NCBI GenBank assembly: GCA_946537835.1
Contig: CAMNGB010000001.1
Coordinates: 1 to 47,311, forward strand
Reading direction: 5' to 3'
From: an uncultured Erysipelotrichaceae bacterium
Lineage (GTDB): Bacteria > Bacillota_I > Bacilli_A > Erysipelotrichales > Erysipelotrichaceae
DNA: 47,311 nt
The notes under the pieces were generated by a model. That model saw only the letters and a program-made list of their open reading frames with translations, had not been told where the DNA came from and ran no database searches. The position numbers and the translations under genes were made by a program. This document shows, one piece after another, positions 10,422-21,893 of the stretch; within the stretch, counting starts at the first letter, position 1; the number at the start of each line of letters is the position of its first letter.

Positions 10422-10906
10422 TCGCTGCGGGTCAGGGCAGCAGTAGTGCCGCCGGTCACTTTCAGAAGATCATCCGGCGAAACTTCCACCTGCATGCCGA
10501 TCCTGCCGCCGGAAACAAGAATCGTATCAAAGAGCACAACGGTCTCATCGAAGACCGTTTTAAACTGCTTTTTCATGCCGACGGGACTGCAGCCTCCGTG
10601 CACATATCCGGTCAGCGGCAGCAGTTCCTTCTGGGGAATCATCGCCACCGATCTGACACCGACGCTGCGGGCACATGCCTTGAGATCCAGTTTCTCCCCC
10701 ACCGGTATGACAAATACGTAGTGATTCCGGTCATCACCTTCCGTCACAAGTGTCTTGAATACCTGTTCCGGGTCTTCATTGCATTTCAAGGCAACGGATA
10801 CGCCGTCGATCATTCCGTCTCCGGCATCATAGGTATGAATCTGATAGCTGATGCCTTCATTCTCCAGCATCCGCATTGCGTTGGTTTTGTTTTCTTTCTT
10901 TGCCAT
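10415..10906 (-). CDS. ybaK: Cys-tRNA(Pro) deacylase YbaK
   Basis: KTNAMRML, VFKTLV, TGYVHGGCSPVGMKK, VSGGRIG. Confidence 0.93.
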   Translation of the reverse strand: MAKKENKTNAMRMLENEGISYQIHTYDAGDGMIDGVSVALKCNEDPEQVFKTLVTEGDDRNHYVFVIPVGEKLDLKACARSVGVRSVAMIPQKELLPLTGYVHGGCSPVGMKKQFKTVFDETVVLFDTILVSGGRIGMQVEVSPDDLLKVTGGTTAALTRSDH

Positions 10907-10916
10907 ACACCCTATT

Positions 10917-11717
10917 CTAGTCCGACAGCAGCATCCTGTCATCATCCAGATCGGTGCCGGCTCCTTCGCGGAATTTCTGCATCAGATCGCTGATTGAAAG
11001 CTGCTTTCTCTCTTCTTCATCAAGGTCGAGAATGATGCGTCCGTCAGCCATCATCAGCGTCCGGTTTCCGGTCTTCAGTCCCTGGTGCATGTTGTGGGTG
11101 ATCATCAGGCAGGTCGTATGGTTTTCCGCCACGATTTCATTGGTCAGCGCCATGATCTTTTCAGCCGCACCGGGATCAAGGGCAGCGGTATGTTCATCCA
11201 GAAGCAGAAGCCTGGGCGGAACGATCGTTGCCATCAGCAGTGTCAGGGCCTGTCTCTGGCCGCCGGACAGTGTTCCGACCTGCGTCTGCATGCGGTCTTC
11301 CAGCCCCATGTCCAGACGCTTCAGATAATCACGGAACATCTCCCTGTCCTTCCGGCTGATGCGGCTGAAGGAATCGGTTGAATGGCCTGCCCGCAGATAT
11401 GCCAGGGCAAGGTTTTCCTCGATCGTCATATGCGGGGCTGTTCCCTTCAGCGGATCCTGAAACAGTCTGCCCATATATTTGGAACGCTTATAGTCAGGTT
11501 CAAAGGTAATGTTTTTTCCATCCAGCATGATTTTTCCCGAATCTGCCAGAAACACGCCGGCAACGGCATTGAACAGTGTCGACTTGCCGGCTCCGTTGGA
11601 GCCGAGGATGGTAATGAAATCACCGTCATTGACCAGAAGATTCATGTCATCAAGTGCCTTCTTCTCATTGATGGTGCCGGGATTGAAGGTCTTGGAAAGA
11701 TGTTCGATCTGCAGCAT
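10917..11717 (-). CDS. ABC transporter ATP-binding subunit (Trp/aromatic amino acid type)
   Basis: KTFNPGTINE, GSNGAGKST, LSGGQRQ, LDEHTAALDP; start set at MLQIEH. Confidence 0.92.
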   Translation of the reverse strand: MLQIEHLSKTFNPGTINEKKALDDMNLLVNDGDFITILGSNGAGKSTLFNAVAGVFLADSGKIMLDGKNITFEPDYKRSKYMGRLFQDPLKGTAPHMTIEENLALAYLRAGHSTDSFSRISRKDREMFRDYLKRLDMGLEDRMQTQVGTLSGGQRQALTLLMATIVPPRLLLLDEHTAALDPGAAEKIMALTNEIVAENHTTCLMITHNMHQGLKTGNRTLMMADGRIILDLDEEERKQLSISDLMQKFREGAGTDLDDDRMLLSD

Positions 11718-12616
11718 TATTTCAGCTCCCTTCTGGCCCGGTTCATGACTGCCGCATTGTCTCTGAGAGTCGGGGCGGCAATGGCCAGGGCAACGATGAC
11801 AGCCGTCATCAGCTTCAGGCATTCGATCGGCAGGATCCTTGTCTGCAGGATGAGGGCATAGATGAAGCGGTAGATGATATTGCCGGCAAGACATGCGGCA
11901 ATATTGCGGGTAATGGATTTCCGGCCGCCGATGACCGTTTCACCGATGATCAGGCAGGCCAGTCCGATCACCACAATGCCGGTGCCGGAATTGATGTCTG
12001 CCGATTTCTGCAGCTGACCGGCAAGGGCTCCGGAGAGTGCCGTGAAGCAGTTGGCCACAACGAGCCCGACGGTAATCGTAAAGCGCGGATTGATGGAGGA
12101 TGCCGCAACCATTTCCCGGTTGTCACCGGTCGCCCGGATGGAAAGACCCAGTCTGGTGGACAGGAACCATCTGACGGCTGCCATTGCCGCAAGGGCAGTC
12201 ACTGCCGCCAGGATCAGCTGACTCCAGGTGCCGAGCGGAACAATTTCCCTGAACATCGTAAACACCGTTGCCTGTTTCAGCAGGCTGGCATTGCTGGAAA
12301 AACCCATGACCATCAGATTGATCGTATACAGTCCGGTATTGGTGACAATACCGGCCAGAATTGAAGGCACACCCATGCGGGTCTGCAGGAAGGCAGTCAC
12401 GAAGCCTGCCGCACCGCCGGCGATCACTGCCAGCAGCAGCCCGAGAACGGGATGACCGCCGATTGCGGCCGTTACTGCCACTGCCATGCCGAGGACAAAA
12501 CAGCCGTCGGTCGTAAGATCGGCAATATCCAGCACCCGGTAGCTCAGAAACAGTGCCAGAGCTACCAGGGAATAGATACAGCCGAGTGTCAGTGCTGTCT
12601 GAATGATAAATGCCAT
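11717..12616 (-). CDS. ABC transporter permease (Trp/aromatic amino acid type)
   Basis: ADLTTDG, GLSIRATGDN, GIVVIGLA; multiple TM segments. Confidence 0.92.
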   Translation of the reverse strand: MAFIIQTALTLGCIYSLVALALFLSYRVLDIADLTTDGCFVLGMAVAVTAAIGGHPVLGLLLAVIAGGAAGFVTAFLQTRMGVPSILAGIVTNTGLYTINLMVMGFSSNASLLKQATVFTMFREIVPLGTWSQLILAAVTALAAMAAVRWFLSTRLGLSIRATGDNREMVAASSINPRFTITVGLVVANCFTALSGALAGQLQKSADINSGTGIVVIGLACLIIGETVIGGRKSITRNIAACLAGNIIYRFIYALILQTRILPIECLKLMTAVIVALAIAAPTLRDNAAVMNRARRELK

Positions 12617-12637
12617 ACTGCCTTCCTTTCCCTGTTG

Positions 12638-13648
12638 TTATTCTTCGCTGGTTGTGACTTCACTCAGTGTTCCGAAGGATGCGAACACGTCCGCATAATT
12701 GCCGAGATTCAGCTTTGCGGCTGTTTCGGTATTGACGGTGATGATGCCGCCGTCCATCAGATAATAGTCTTCCAGACTGTCCATGCCGCCGGTGACTGCC
12801 TCATAGGCAAGATCGGCTGTCTTTGTGCCGAGATCCGTATAGTTGACGCCGCAGGTCGCAAAGGCACCGTTTCTGACAAAGGAGTCAGCTCCCGTATAGT
12901 GCGGAATGCCGGCATCTGCCAGGGTTTCGGCAATGGTCAGTTCCGTCGCCATGACGACATTGTCGGTCGGTGTGAATACGGCATCGACATCTGCCGCGAC
13001 AAGTGCGCTGACGGCCTGAATGACTTCATCGTTGGTATTGCCGGTTTTTTCTTCATAGGCAATGCCTTTGGCATCGAGATATGCCTTGGCTTCGGCAATC
13101 GGCTTTTCGGAATTCTTTTCCGACTGCGAATACAGCAGGCCGACAGTCCTGATATCCGGATTCATGGCAAACATCATGTCCATGATCTGCTCTGTATTCA
13201 GGGCATCGGAAGTGCCGCTGACATTGGCAATGCCGGTCAGCTCGGCAGCTTCCGGATCGGAGATCGCCGCATAGACGACCGGGATGCCGGAATCTTCGGT
13301 GGCACCTGCCATGGTCTGGGCTGCCAGCGTGGCAATCGGAATGATGACATCGACGTTGTCGCCGACATACTGGGCTGCATACTGCTGCAGGGTCGTCGGA
13401 TCATTCTGTCCGGAATCTACCGTATATTCAATCGTGACACCGTTCTTTTCGGCCAGAACATCCAGTTCAGCCGTAATGGCATCGGCAATTTCGTCCAGAG
13501 ACGCGTGGTCAAGCTGCTTGATGACGGCAACACGGATCGTTCTGTCCGATGTTTCACCGCCTGAATTGTCTGATGCGGCCGGAGCCGAGCATCCTGTCAG
13601 TACAGAAATCAGAGAAGCTGCGAGCAATGCTGTAGTAAGTTTTTTCAT
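12638..13648 (-). CDS. ABC substrate-binding lipoprotein, probably for tryptophan (TrpX-like)
   Basis: Lipobox LTGC, HASLD, IAT, AISDP, TPTDN; upstream T-box with TGG specifier. Confidence 0.88.
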   Translation of the reverse strand: MKKLTTALLAASLISVLTGCSAPAASDNSGGETSDRTIRVAVIKQLDHASLDEIADAITAELDVLAEKNGVTIEYTVDSGQNDPTTLQQYAAQYVGDNVDVIIPIATLAAQTMAGATEDSGIPVVYAAISDPEAAELTGIANVSGTSDALNTEQIMDMMFAMNPDIRTVGLLYSQSEKNSEKPIAEAKAYLDAKGIAYEEKTGNTNDEVIQAVSALVAADVDAVFTPTDNVVMATELTIAETLADAGIPHYTGADSFVRNGAFATCGVNYTDLGTKTADLAYEAVTGGMDSLEDYYLMDGGIITVNTETAAKLNLGNYADVFASFGTLSEVTTSEE

Positions 13649-13694
13649 GTGATTTCCCTCCTCTTTGTCTTTCTGCATTTTCCACTGTGTTCCT

Positions 13695-13955
13695 GAAACA
13701 AAAAACGCCTGTCCATCCAAAGGACAAGCGTTATGCCTGCGGTACCACCTTTATTAGCAGCGAAGCTGCTCTCTCGTCGAAAATGCAATCACATTTTCTG
13801 CCTTTTAACGCCGGCACTGCGTCATGAAATACTTGCCGAAGCTTTCATCATGCCCTCATGGGTCCATTTGCATACCGCCTGGCTGCCGGGCTCGCACCTT
13901 GCCCCGGCTCTCTTGGAGCTGCCAATATGTTTGATCTCCCAATCACAGGTTTACA
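13695..13955 (-). promoter_or_regulatory. T-box riboswitch, Trp specifier
   Basis: Minus strand: AGAGA...GGTGCGA stem I motifs, specifier AAA-TGG-A (13864-13866), T-box AAAGGTGGTACCGC (13739-13752), terminator AACGCTTGTCC/GGACAGGCGTT plus T-run. Confidence 0.92.
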
Positions 13956-13961
13956 ACTGTG

Positions 13962-14004
13962 ATGTTACAGGATGATGACAGGTGCTGTCAATGACAGCGC
14001 CTGT
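13962..14004 (-). promoter_or_regulatory. Promoter of the T-box leader with a palindrome over the -35
   Basis: TTGACA-18nt-TAACAT; ACAGGTGCTGTCA-A-TGACAGCGCCTGT inverted repeat. Confidence 0.6.
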
Positions 14005-14100
14005 AAAAAAGAAACAATTTTCAGCAAAGTTCTGAAAACTGTTTCCTGTTTTTTCATTGTCAGCACCGGAAGAAAAGAACCCTGCCGGGTTCTTCTCCTC
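14005..14100 (-). terminator. Two tandem terminator-like hairpins after the GH1 gene
   Basis: AAGAACCC-TGCC-GGGTTCTT and GAAACAATTTTCAG...CTGAAAACTGTTTC with A/T flanks. Confidence 0.7.
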
Positions 14101-14112
14101 AATGATTTTTAC

Positions 14113-17144
<3,032 letters not shown>

Positions 17145-17156
17145 CTAATTACAGAT

Positions 17157-17190
17157 GAAAAAGACATCCGAAAAACGGATGCCTCATTTC
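17157..17190 (-). terminator. Terminator-like hairpin between the 85-aa ORF and GH1
   Basis: Minus strand GAGGCATCCG-TTTT-CGGATGTCTT-TTTC. Confidence 0.65.
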
Positions 17191-17193
17191 CGA

Positions 17194-17451
17194 TCAGCCT
17201 ACTTTGCCGCCTGTGAATGCCTGGCCTTCGATCAGGGCACGGACCATCAGAACAGCACCCCACGGCTGGGCCTTGATGAGCTTCTTGGCATAGGAGCACG
17301 GATCGCCGTCTGTGCCGTCTGCGTAGGTGACTTCGAACTGCATTTCGATCGGTGTCTTCATCTTGACAAACTTGAATGTCGGATTTTCGCTTGCTTCAAG
17401 AAGTGCCTTGATCTCATCTCTCTTTAATGGTGAACTAATGTTTACTAACAT
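17194..17451 (-). CDS. Hypothetical 85-aa protein heading the GH1 cluster
   Basis: Strong AAAAGGAG RBS, own extended -10 promoter, plausible globular sequence. Confidence 0.8.
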   Translation of the reverse strand: MLVNISSPLKRDEIKALLEASENPTFKFVKMKTPIEMQFEVTYADGTDGDPCSYAKKLIKAQPWGAVLMVRALIEGQAFTGGKVG

Positions 17452-17479
17452 CTTTTAAATATCTCCTTTTCGTAAAATT

Positions 17480-17502
17480 ATTATAGCATGTAAGCGCTTT
17501 AT
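17480..17502 (-). promoter_or_regulatory. Extended -10 promoter abutting a cre/LacI-type operator
   Basis: TGcTATAAT (17480-17488, minus) next to TGTAAGCGCTTTAT (17489-17502). Confidence 0.75.
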
Positions 17503-17554
17503 CGATAACTATTTCCTTACACCGTTATGTAACATCATATGCCGGTCCGTTCCG

Positions 17555-17588
17555 AAAAAAAACCAGACCGCGCGATAACGGTCTGGAT
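17555..17588 (-). terminator. trkAH terminator
   Basis: CCAGACCG...CGGTCTGG followed by a T8 run on the minus strand. Confidence 0.75.
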
Positions 17589-17593
17589 ATTGT

Positions 17594-19054
17594 TCATCTG
17601 GCTTTCTTCCAGGTGCTCTTGGAAATCAGGATCAGGATCGGATAGATTTCCAGTCGTCCCGCCAGCATATCCGCGATCATGACGATCTTGGAAAGATTGC
17701 TGTAGGCGGCGAAGTTGCAGGTAGGTCCGACAGCGTGGAAGCCCGGACCGATATTGTTGAAGGTTGCCATGACGGCCGAGAAGTTTGTTTCAAAATCAAA
17801 GCCGTCCAGAGACAGCACCAGAACACTGCCGATGACGATGATCACATAGGCGATCAGATAGGCATTGGTGTTGCTCAGAATATCTTCATCCATGGCTCTG
17901 CCGTTGACAATGACCGAACGGACTTCCGTCGGATGCAGTGACTTGTGCAGATTGCGGCGCAGGCTTTTCCATAACAGCAGGAGTCTGACCTGCTTCATGC
18001 CGCCGCCGGTGCTTCCGGCACAGGCGCCGACCATCATCAGGAACAGCAGGATCGCTTTCGAGAACGGCGGCCAGAGATCAAAGTCGGTTGTCGCATATCC
18101 GGTTGTGGACATGACCGTTCCGACCGTAAAGGCACTGTGGCGGATCGTTTCTTCCATGCTCTTGTAGAGCGGCGAAACATTCCAGGCAATCAGTGCGATG
18201 CTGGCAAAGATCATGACCAGGAACAGTCTCAGTTCCTCATCACCGAAGGCTGCCTTGAACTGTCTCAGCAGAATCATGTAATAGATCGAGAAGTTGACAC
18301 TGAACAGGAACATGAAGACGGTCGTAACATTCTGCAGATACGGGGAATAGGACGCCATCGAGTCATTTTTGACTCCGAAGCCGCCGGTTCCGGCCGTACC
18401 CATGGCCGTACAGACTGCCTCGAACATCGGCATGCCGCCGATGACCAGGAATAAAATGTTCAGGACTGTCAGCCCGAAATAAATCAGGTACAGGATCTTG
18501 GCAGTGTCCTTCATGCGCGGCACCATCTTGCCGACTGCCGGACCGGGTGACTCTGCCTTCAGAATATGCAGGGTGAAGCCTTCGCCCTTGCCGCCGAGAG
18601 AAACGATGGCAAGCAGGAAGACCAGCACGCCCATACCGCCGATCCAGTGTGAAAAGGAACGCCAGAACAGAAGACCGTGGGCCATCGATTCCACTTCCGG
18701 CAGAATCGACGAACCGGTGGTCGTAAATCCCGAGACCATTTCAAACATGGCATCGACATAGCTCGGGATTGCTTTGGACAGATAGAACGGAAGACATCCC
18801 AGGGCACTCATCATGATCCAGGTCAGGCCTGTCGTCAGAAGTCCTTCACGGGAATAGAATCTGCCTTTCCGGTAATGTCTTGTGATTAGCAGCAATATCC
18901 CGGACACAGCCAGGATGATCGCAATGGATTTGAGGAACGCCGCCGAAGCAGCCGACTCATGCCTTACCAGGCTGATTCCCAGCCCCGGCATCATCAGACC
19001 GGCTTCAATCAGAAGAATGTAGGCGATGATCCTCCAGATCAGTTTGAAATTCAT
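17594..19054 (-). CDS. trkH: Trk potassium uptake permease
   Basis: FEMVSGFTTTGSS, GTAGTGGF, STTGY, GSTGGGMK, NNIGPG, GRLE. Confidence 0.95.
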   Translation of the reverse strand: MNFKLIWRIIAYILLIEAGLMMPGLGISLVRHESAASAAFLKSIAIILAVSGILLLITRHYRKGRFYSREGLLTTGLTWIMMSALGCLPFYLSKAIPSYVDAMFEMVSGFTTTGSSILPEVESMAHGLLFWRSFSHWIGGMGVLVFLLAIVSLGGKGEGFTLHILKAESPGPAVGKMVPRMKDTAKILYLIYFGLTVLNILFLVIGGMPMFEAVCTAMGTAGTGGFGVKNDSMASYSPYLQNVTTVFMFLFSVNFSIYYMILLRQFKAAFGDEELRLFLVMIFASIALIAWNVSPLYKSMEETIRHSAFTVGTVMSTTGYATTDFDLWPPFSKAILLFLMMVGACAGSTGGGMKQVRLLLLWKSLRRNLHKSLHPTEVRSVIVNGRAMDEDILSNTNAYLIAYVIIVIGSVLVLSLDGFDFETNFSAVMATFNNIGPGFHAVGPTCNFAAYSNLSKIVMIADMLAGRLEIYPILILISKSTWKKAR

Positions 19055-19058
19055 AGGC

Positions 19059-20420
19059 CTACGATTCAAAGATGTCGTTGAGCTGCAGGATCATATTGTC
19101 CTTGCTGGTGACAACAACAACGGTGTCTCCTTTCTGATATGACGAGCTTCCGTTGGGAATCTCAGGGGTGGAACCGTGAATGATGGAGACAATCAGTACA
19201 TCTTTCTTTGTCTTCATGGTACGCAGTTCCTCTCCGATATGAAGGGTATCTTCATCCACTTCAAATTCGATTGCTTCGGCATAGCCGTCAGCGATTCTGT
19301 GGATGGTCTTGGCTGCGCCTTTCTTGGCCTGCATGGCCCTGACGTAGCGGACGATATGCATTGTGCACAGGTCCTTCGGGCATACGATTGAACCGATCGG
19401 CATGCTGTCGAGAAGTTCCGACTCATCGCCGCGTCCCAGCTTGGTCACGATCTGGGGAACGTTGTGGGCATGGGCATACATGGAAGTGACAATATTCAGT
19501 TCGTCCATTCCGGTCAGGGAAATGACGGCATCATAATCGCGGATGTCCTCGCTTTCCAGCACCGAACGGTCGGAAATATCGGCATTGATGATCGTCGCAT
19601 ACGGCAGTGCTGCCGAAAGCTGACGGCATTTTTCCTCATCCATTTCGATGATCGTCGAGGTGATATGGGACTTGTGCAGTTCCTCTGCCAGGTAATAGGA
19701 GATACGGCCGCCGCCCATGATAACGGCATGGCTGACCGGCATGTTGATGACGCCGATGTGCGTCAGCATGTCATGGAGCTGATCCGGTGCACCGGTCACG
19801 AAGATGCGGTCCCCTTCCTTCATCACAAAGCTTCCGTCCGGCATGATACTGCGGCCGTCACGGATAACGGCACATACCAGAACCTGGCAGCGGGTCTTCT
19901 GCGACAGCTTGCTCAGCTGTACATTTGCCAGCTGTGAATGGTGGCCGATACGAAGCTCGACAATTTCAACCTTTGCCTTGGCAAATGCCTCTCTCTTTAA
20001 AAATCCCGGATATTTCAGCAGGCGGGCAATTTCATTGGCAGCCGACCTTTCGGGATTGACAACCAGCGACATCTCAAAGACGTTCTGCATGGAATATGCC
20101 TGTTCGACATATTCCGGGTCACGGATACGGGCAATCGTATGAATCTTCGGATTCAGCGCCTTGGCCGTAACACAGCTCAGCAGATTGACTTCATCCGCAT
20201 TTGTTGCCGCAATAAAAACATCGATGTCTTCAATGCCCGCTTCCTTTAAGGTGGTCATTGCGGCACCGTTTCCGGCAAGTGTAATTACATCATATTTACT
20301 CATGACATCTTCCAGGACTTTCCTGTTCATGTCAATCAGTGTTATATCATGGCCTTCTTCCGTCAGTTCCCGCGTAACGGCTCTTCCGACCTTGCCCGCT
20401 CCGGCAACAAGTATCTTCAT
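19059..20420 (-). CDS. trkA: Trk potassium uptake regulatory subunit (two RCK modules)
   Basis: GAGKVG, DEVNL, GGGRIS, DELNI. Confidence 0.95.
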   Translation of the reverse strand: MKILVAGAGKVGRAVTRELTEEGHDITLIDMNRKVLEDVMSKYDVITLAGNGAAMTTLKEAGIEDIDVFIAATNADEVNLLSCVTAKALNPKIHTIARIRDPEYVEQAYSMQNVFEMSLVVNPERSAANEIARLLKYPGFLKREAFAKAKVEIVELRIGHHSQLANVQLSKLSQKTRCQVLVCAVIRDGRSIMPDGSFVMKEGDRIFVTGAPDQLHDMLTHIGVINMPVSHAVIMGGGRISYYLAEELHKSHITSTIIEMDEEKCRQLSAALPYATIINADISDRSVLESEDIRDYDAVISLTGMDELNIVTSMYAHAHNVPQIVTKLGRGDESELLDSMPIGSIVCPKDLCTMHIVRYVRAMQAKKGAAKTIHRIADGYAEAIEFEVDEDTLHIGEELRTMKTKKDVLIVSIIHGSTPEIPNGSSSYQKGDTVVVVTSKDNMILQLNDIFES

Positions 20421-20493
20421 AAAAAACACCCCTGTTAATTACGCGATACCATTTTATCACCGCAAAAAGAAAAGACAACCTTGTCAGGCTGTC

Positions 20494-21015
20494 TCAGTGC
20501 TGTTCCAGTTTTTTGAAGAACGGCTCCAGTACTCTCATGAATCTGTCCCAGTATACCGGGTAGGCATCCACGCCGCTGTAGGTATACTCTTCATCCTCAC
20601 TGACGATGATGCTGAACAGCCATTCATTGTTGCCGCGGATCTCACGGCCGTCATTTACCGGAATGAAGCTTCTGTCCCAGTCATACATATAGAGGTTTTC
20701 GAACAGCTTCTTCTTCAGATTCGTCCATTCCTCAAGACTCAGCACGTCCGCATACTTGTCGATGCCGCCTTCATTGGCATCATAGACTTCATACAGGCAG
20801 TCATCATCTTCCTGTGCAAAACGCAGATGCACCGAACCGGTAATGAAATCTCCGAACCGGAAGCGCAGACCGGTTACGGCATCCACCATCGGCACACCGT
20901 CATCTGAATACGGCACACGTCCGAAATCGGAATGGCAGTCTTCACAGCGGTAAAATTCTTCAACGTTTGTAACATTTCTGCTGCCGCAATGCGGGCATAC
21001 GGGGTTCTTTGGCAT
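20494..21015 (-). CDS. Hypothetical protein with N-terminal zinc ribbon
   Basis: CPHC...CEDC; TAAGGAG RBS. Confidence 0.75.
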   Translation of the reverse strand: MPKNPVCPHCGSRNVTNVEEFYRCEDCHSDFGRVPYSDDGVPMVDAVTGLRFRFGDFITGSVHLRFAQEDDDCLYEVYDANEGGIDKYADVLSLEEWTNLKKKLFENLYMYDWDRSFIPVNDGREIRGNNEWLFSIIVSEDEEYTYSGVDAYPVYWDRFMRVLEPFFKKLEQH

Positions 21016-21117
21016 ATGATCTCCTTATTAATATATAACCATTAATATCTTACACTATTTTCGCTCTGGAATAATATCTGCTTTTTGATTCATTGTCCGC
21101 TGTTTCAGCCATAAGGC

Positions 21118-21687
21118 TCAGTCCCTGCCGGCATGAAGGATGATATCTGCCCGTTCATAAATATGATATGTCTGAAAATACATCTCCTCCAGCGGGATCC
21201 AGCGGTCAATGAACATCTGCAGTTTCTGAGGATTTCTTTTTGCCAGCCGCTCCAGCTGCAGCTGCGGATCGATGTCAATTGCGGCATTGATATCGTAATA
21301 CTTCCGCAGGTCATCCCTCTGACTGTAGCTTCCTTCAATGATTGTTACCGGATGATCCCTGACAGATACCGGCTGTTCCGACAGTTTCATGACATTGCAG
21401 TCAAACGGCACATAGGAAAAGTCTCTTTTTTCCGACAGAGGAATCAGCACTTCTTCCAGGAAGCGCTCATGATCCACGTTCTCGCCCGGTGTCTGATATC
21501 TCTCCGGTGTTCTCTGCTCCGGTCTGAGGAAAAAGTCATCCATGTGAAAAAGATTTCCGTTCCACTCCACCTTCAGTCTTTCTCCCAGCGTTGATTTGCC
21601 GGAGGCGCAGCGGCCGTCAATCGATATGACACATCTGCCTTTTTCCTGCAGGGTCTTTCTGATTTTTCTGTTCAGTTCTTCCGTCAT
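21118..21687 (-). CDS. Uridine kinase-like P-loop protein
   Basis: IDGRCASGKST, HMDDFFL, IIEGSYS, WIPLEE. Confidence 0.8.
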   Translation of the reverse strand: MTEELNRKIRKTLQEKGRCVISIDGRCASGKSTLGERLKVEWNGNLFHMDDFFLRPEQRTPERYQTPGENVDHERFLEEVLIPLSEKRDFSYVPFDCNVMKLSEQPVSVRDHPVTIIEGSYSQRDDLRKYYDINAAIDIDPQLQLERLAKRNPQKLQMFIDRWIPLEEMYFQTYHIYERADIILHAGRD

Positions 21688-21707
21688 ACTTTAATTATCT
21701 TATCATG

Positions 21708-21831
21708 CAGAAAGAGAAAAGACCCCGTCGGGTCTCTTCTCTTTTTTTCTTTTCTAATTTATAAGGGGATAGAAATCACTGATTGACTGCTAAGGGGGAG
21801 CATTCACTCAGGCAGATCTTTTTCTCTGCAT
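21708..21831 (-). ncRNA. Candidate small regulatory RNA with two C-rich loops
   Basis: ORF-free intergenic region with four consecutive hairpins, two exposing CCCCUU and the last terminator-like; TACATT -10 and direct repeats upstream. Confidence 0.55.
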
Positions 21832-21835
21832 CTTT

Positions 21836-21890
21836 AATGTACAGTTTGACTGTCAGTCAAATATGTAATAAATATGTAAAATTATGTGAA
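21836..21890 (-). promoter_or_regulatory. Putative response-regulator-dependent promoter
   Basis: Plus strand TGTAAT-N5-TGTAAA-N4-TGTGAA (21864-21890); perfect palindrome TTTGACTG-T-CAGTCAAA (21845-21861); TACATT at 21836-21841 on minus. Confidence 0.55.
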
Positions 21891-21893
21891 GAA

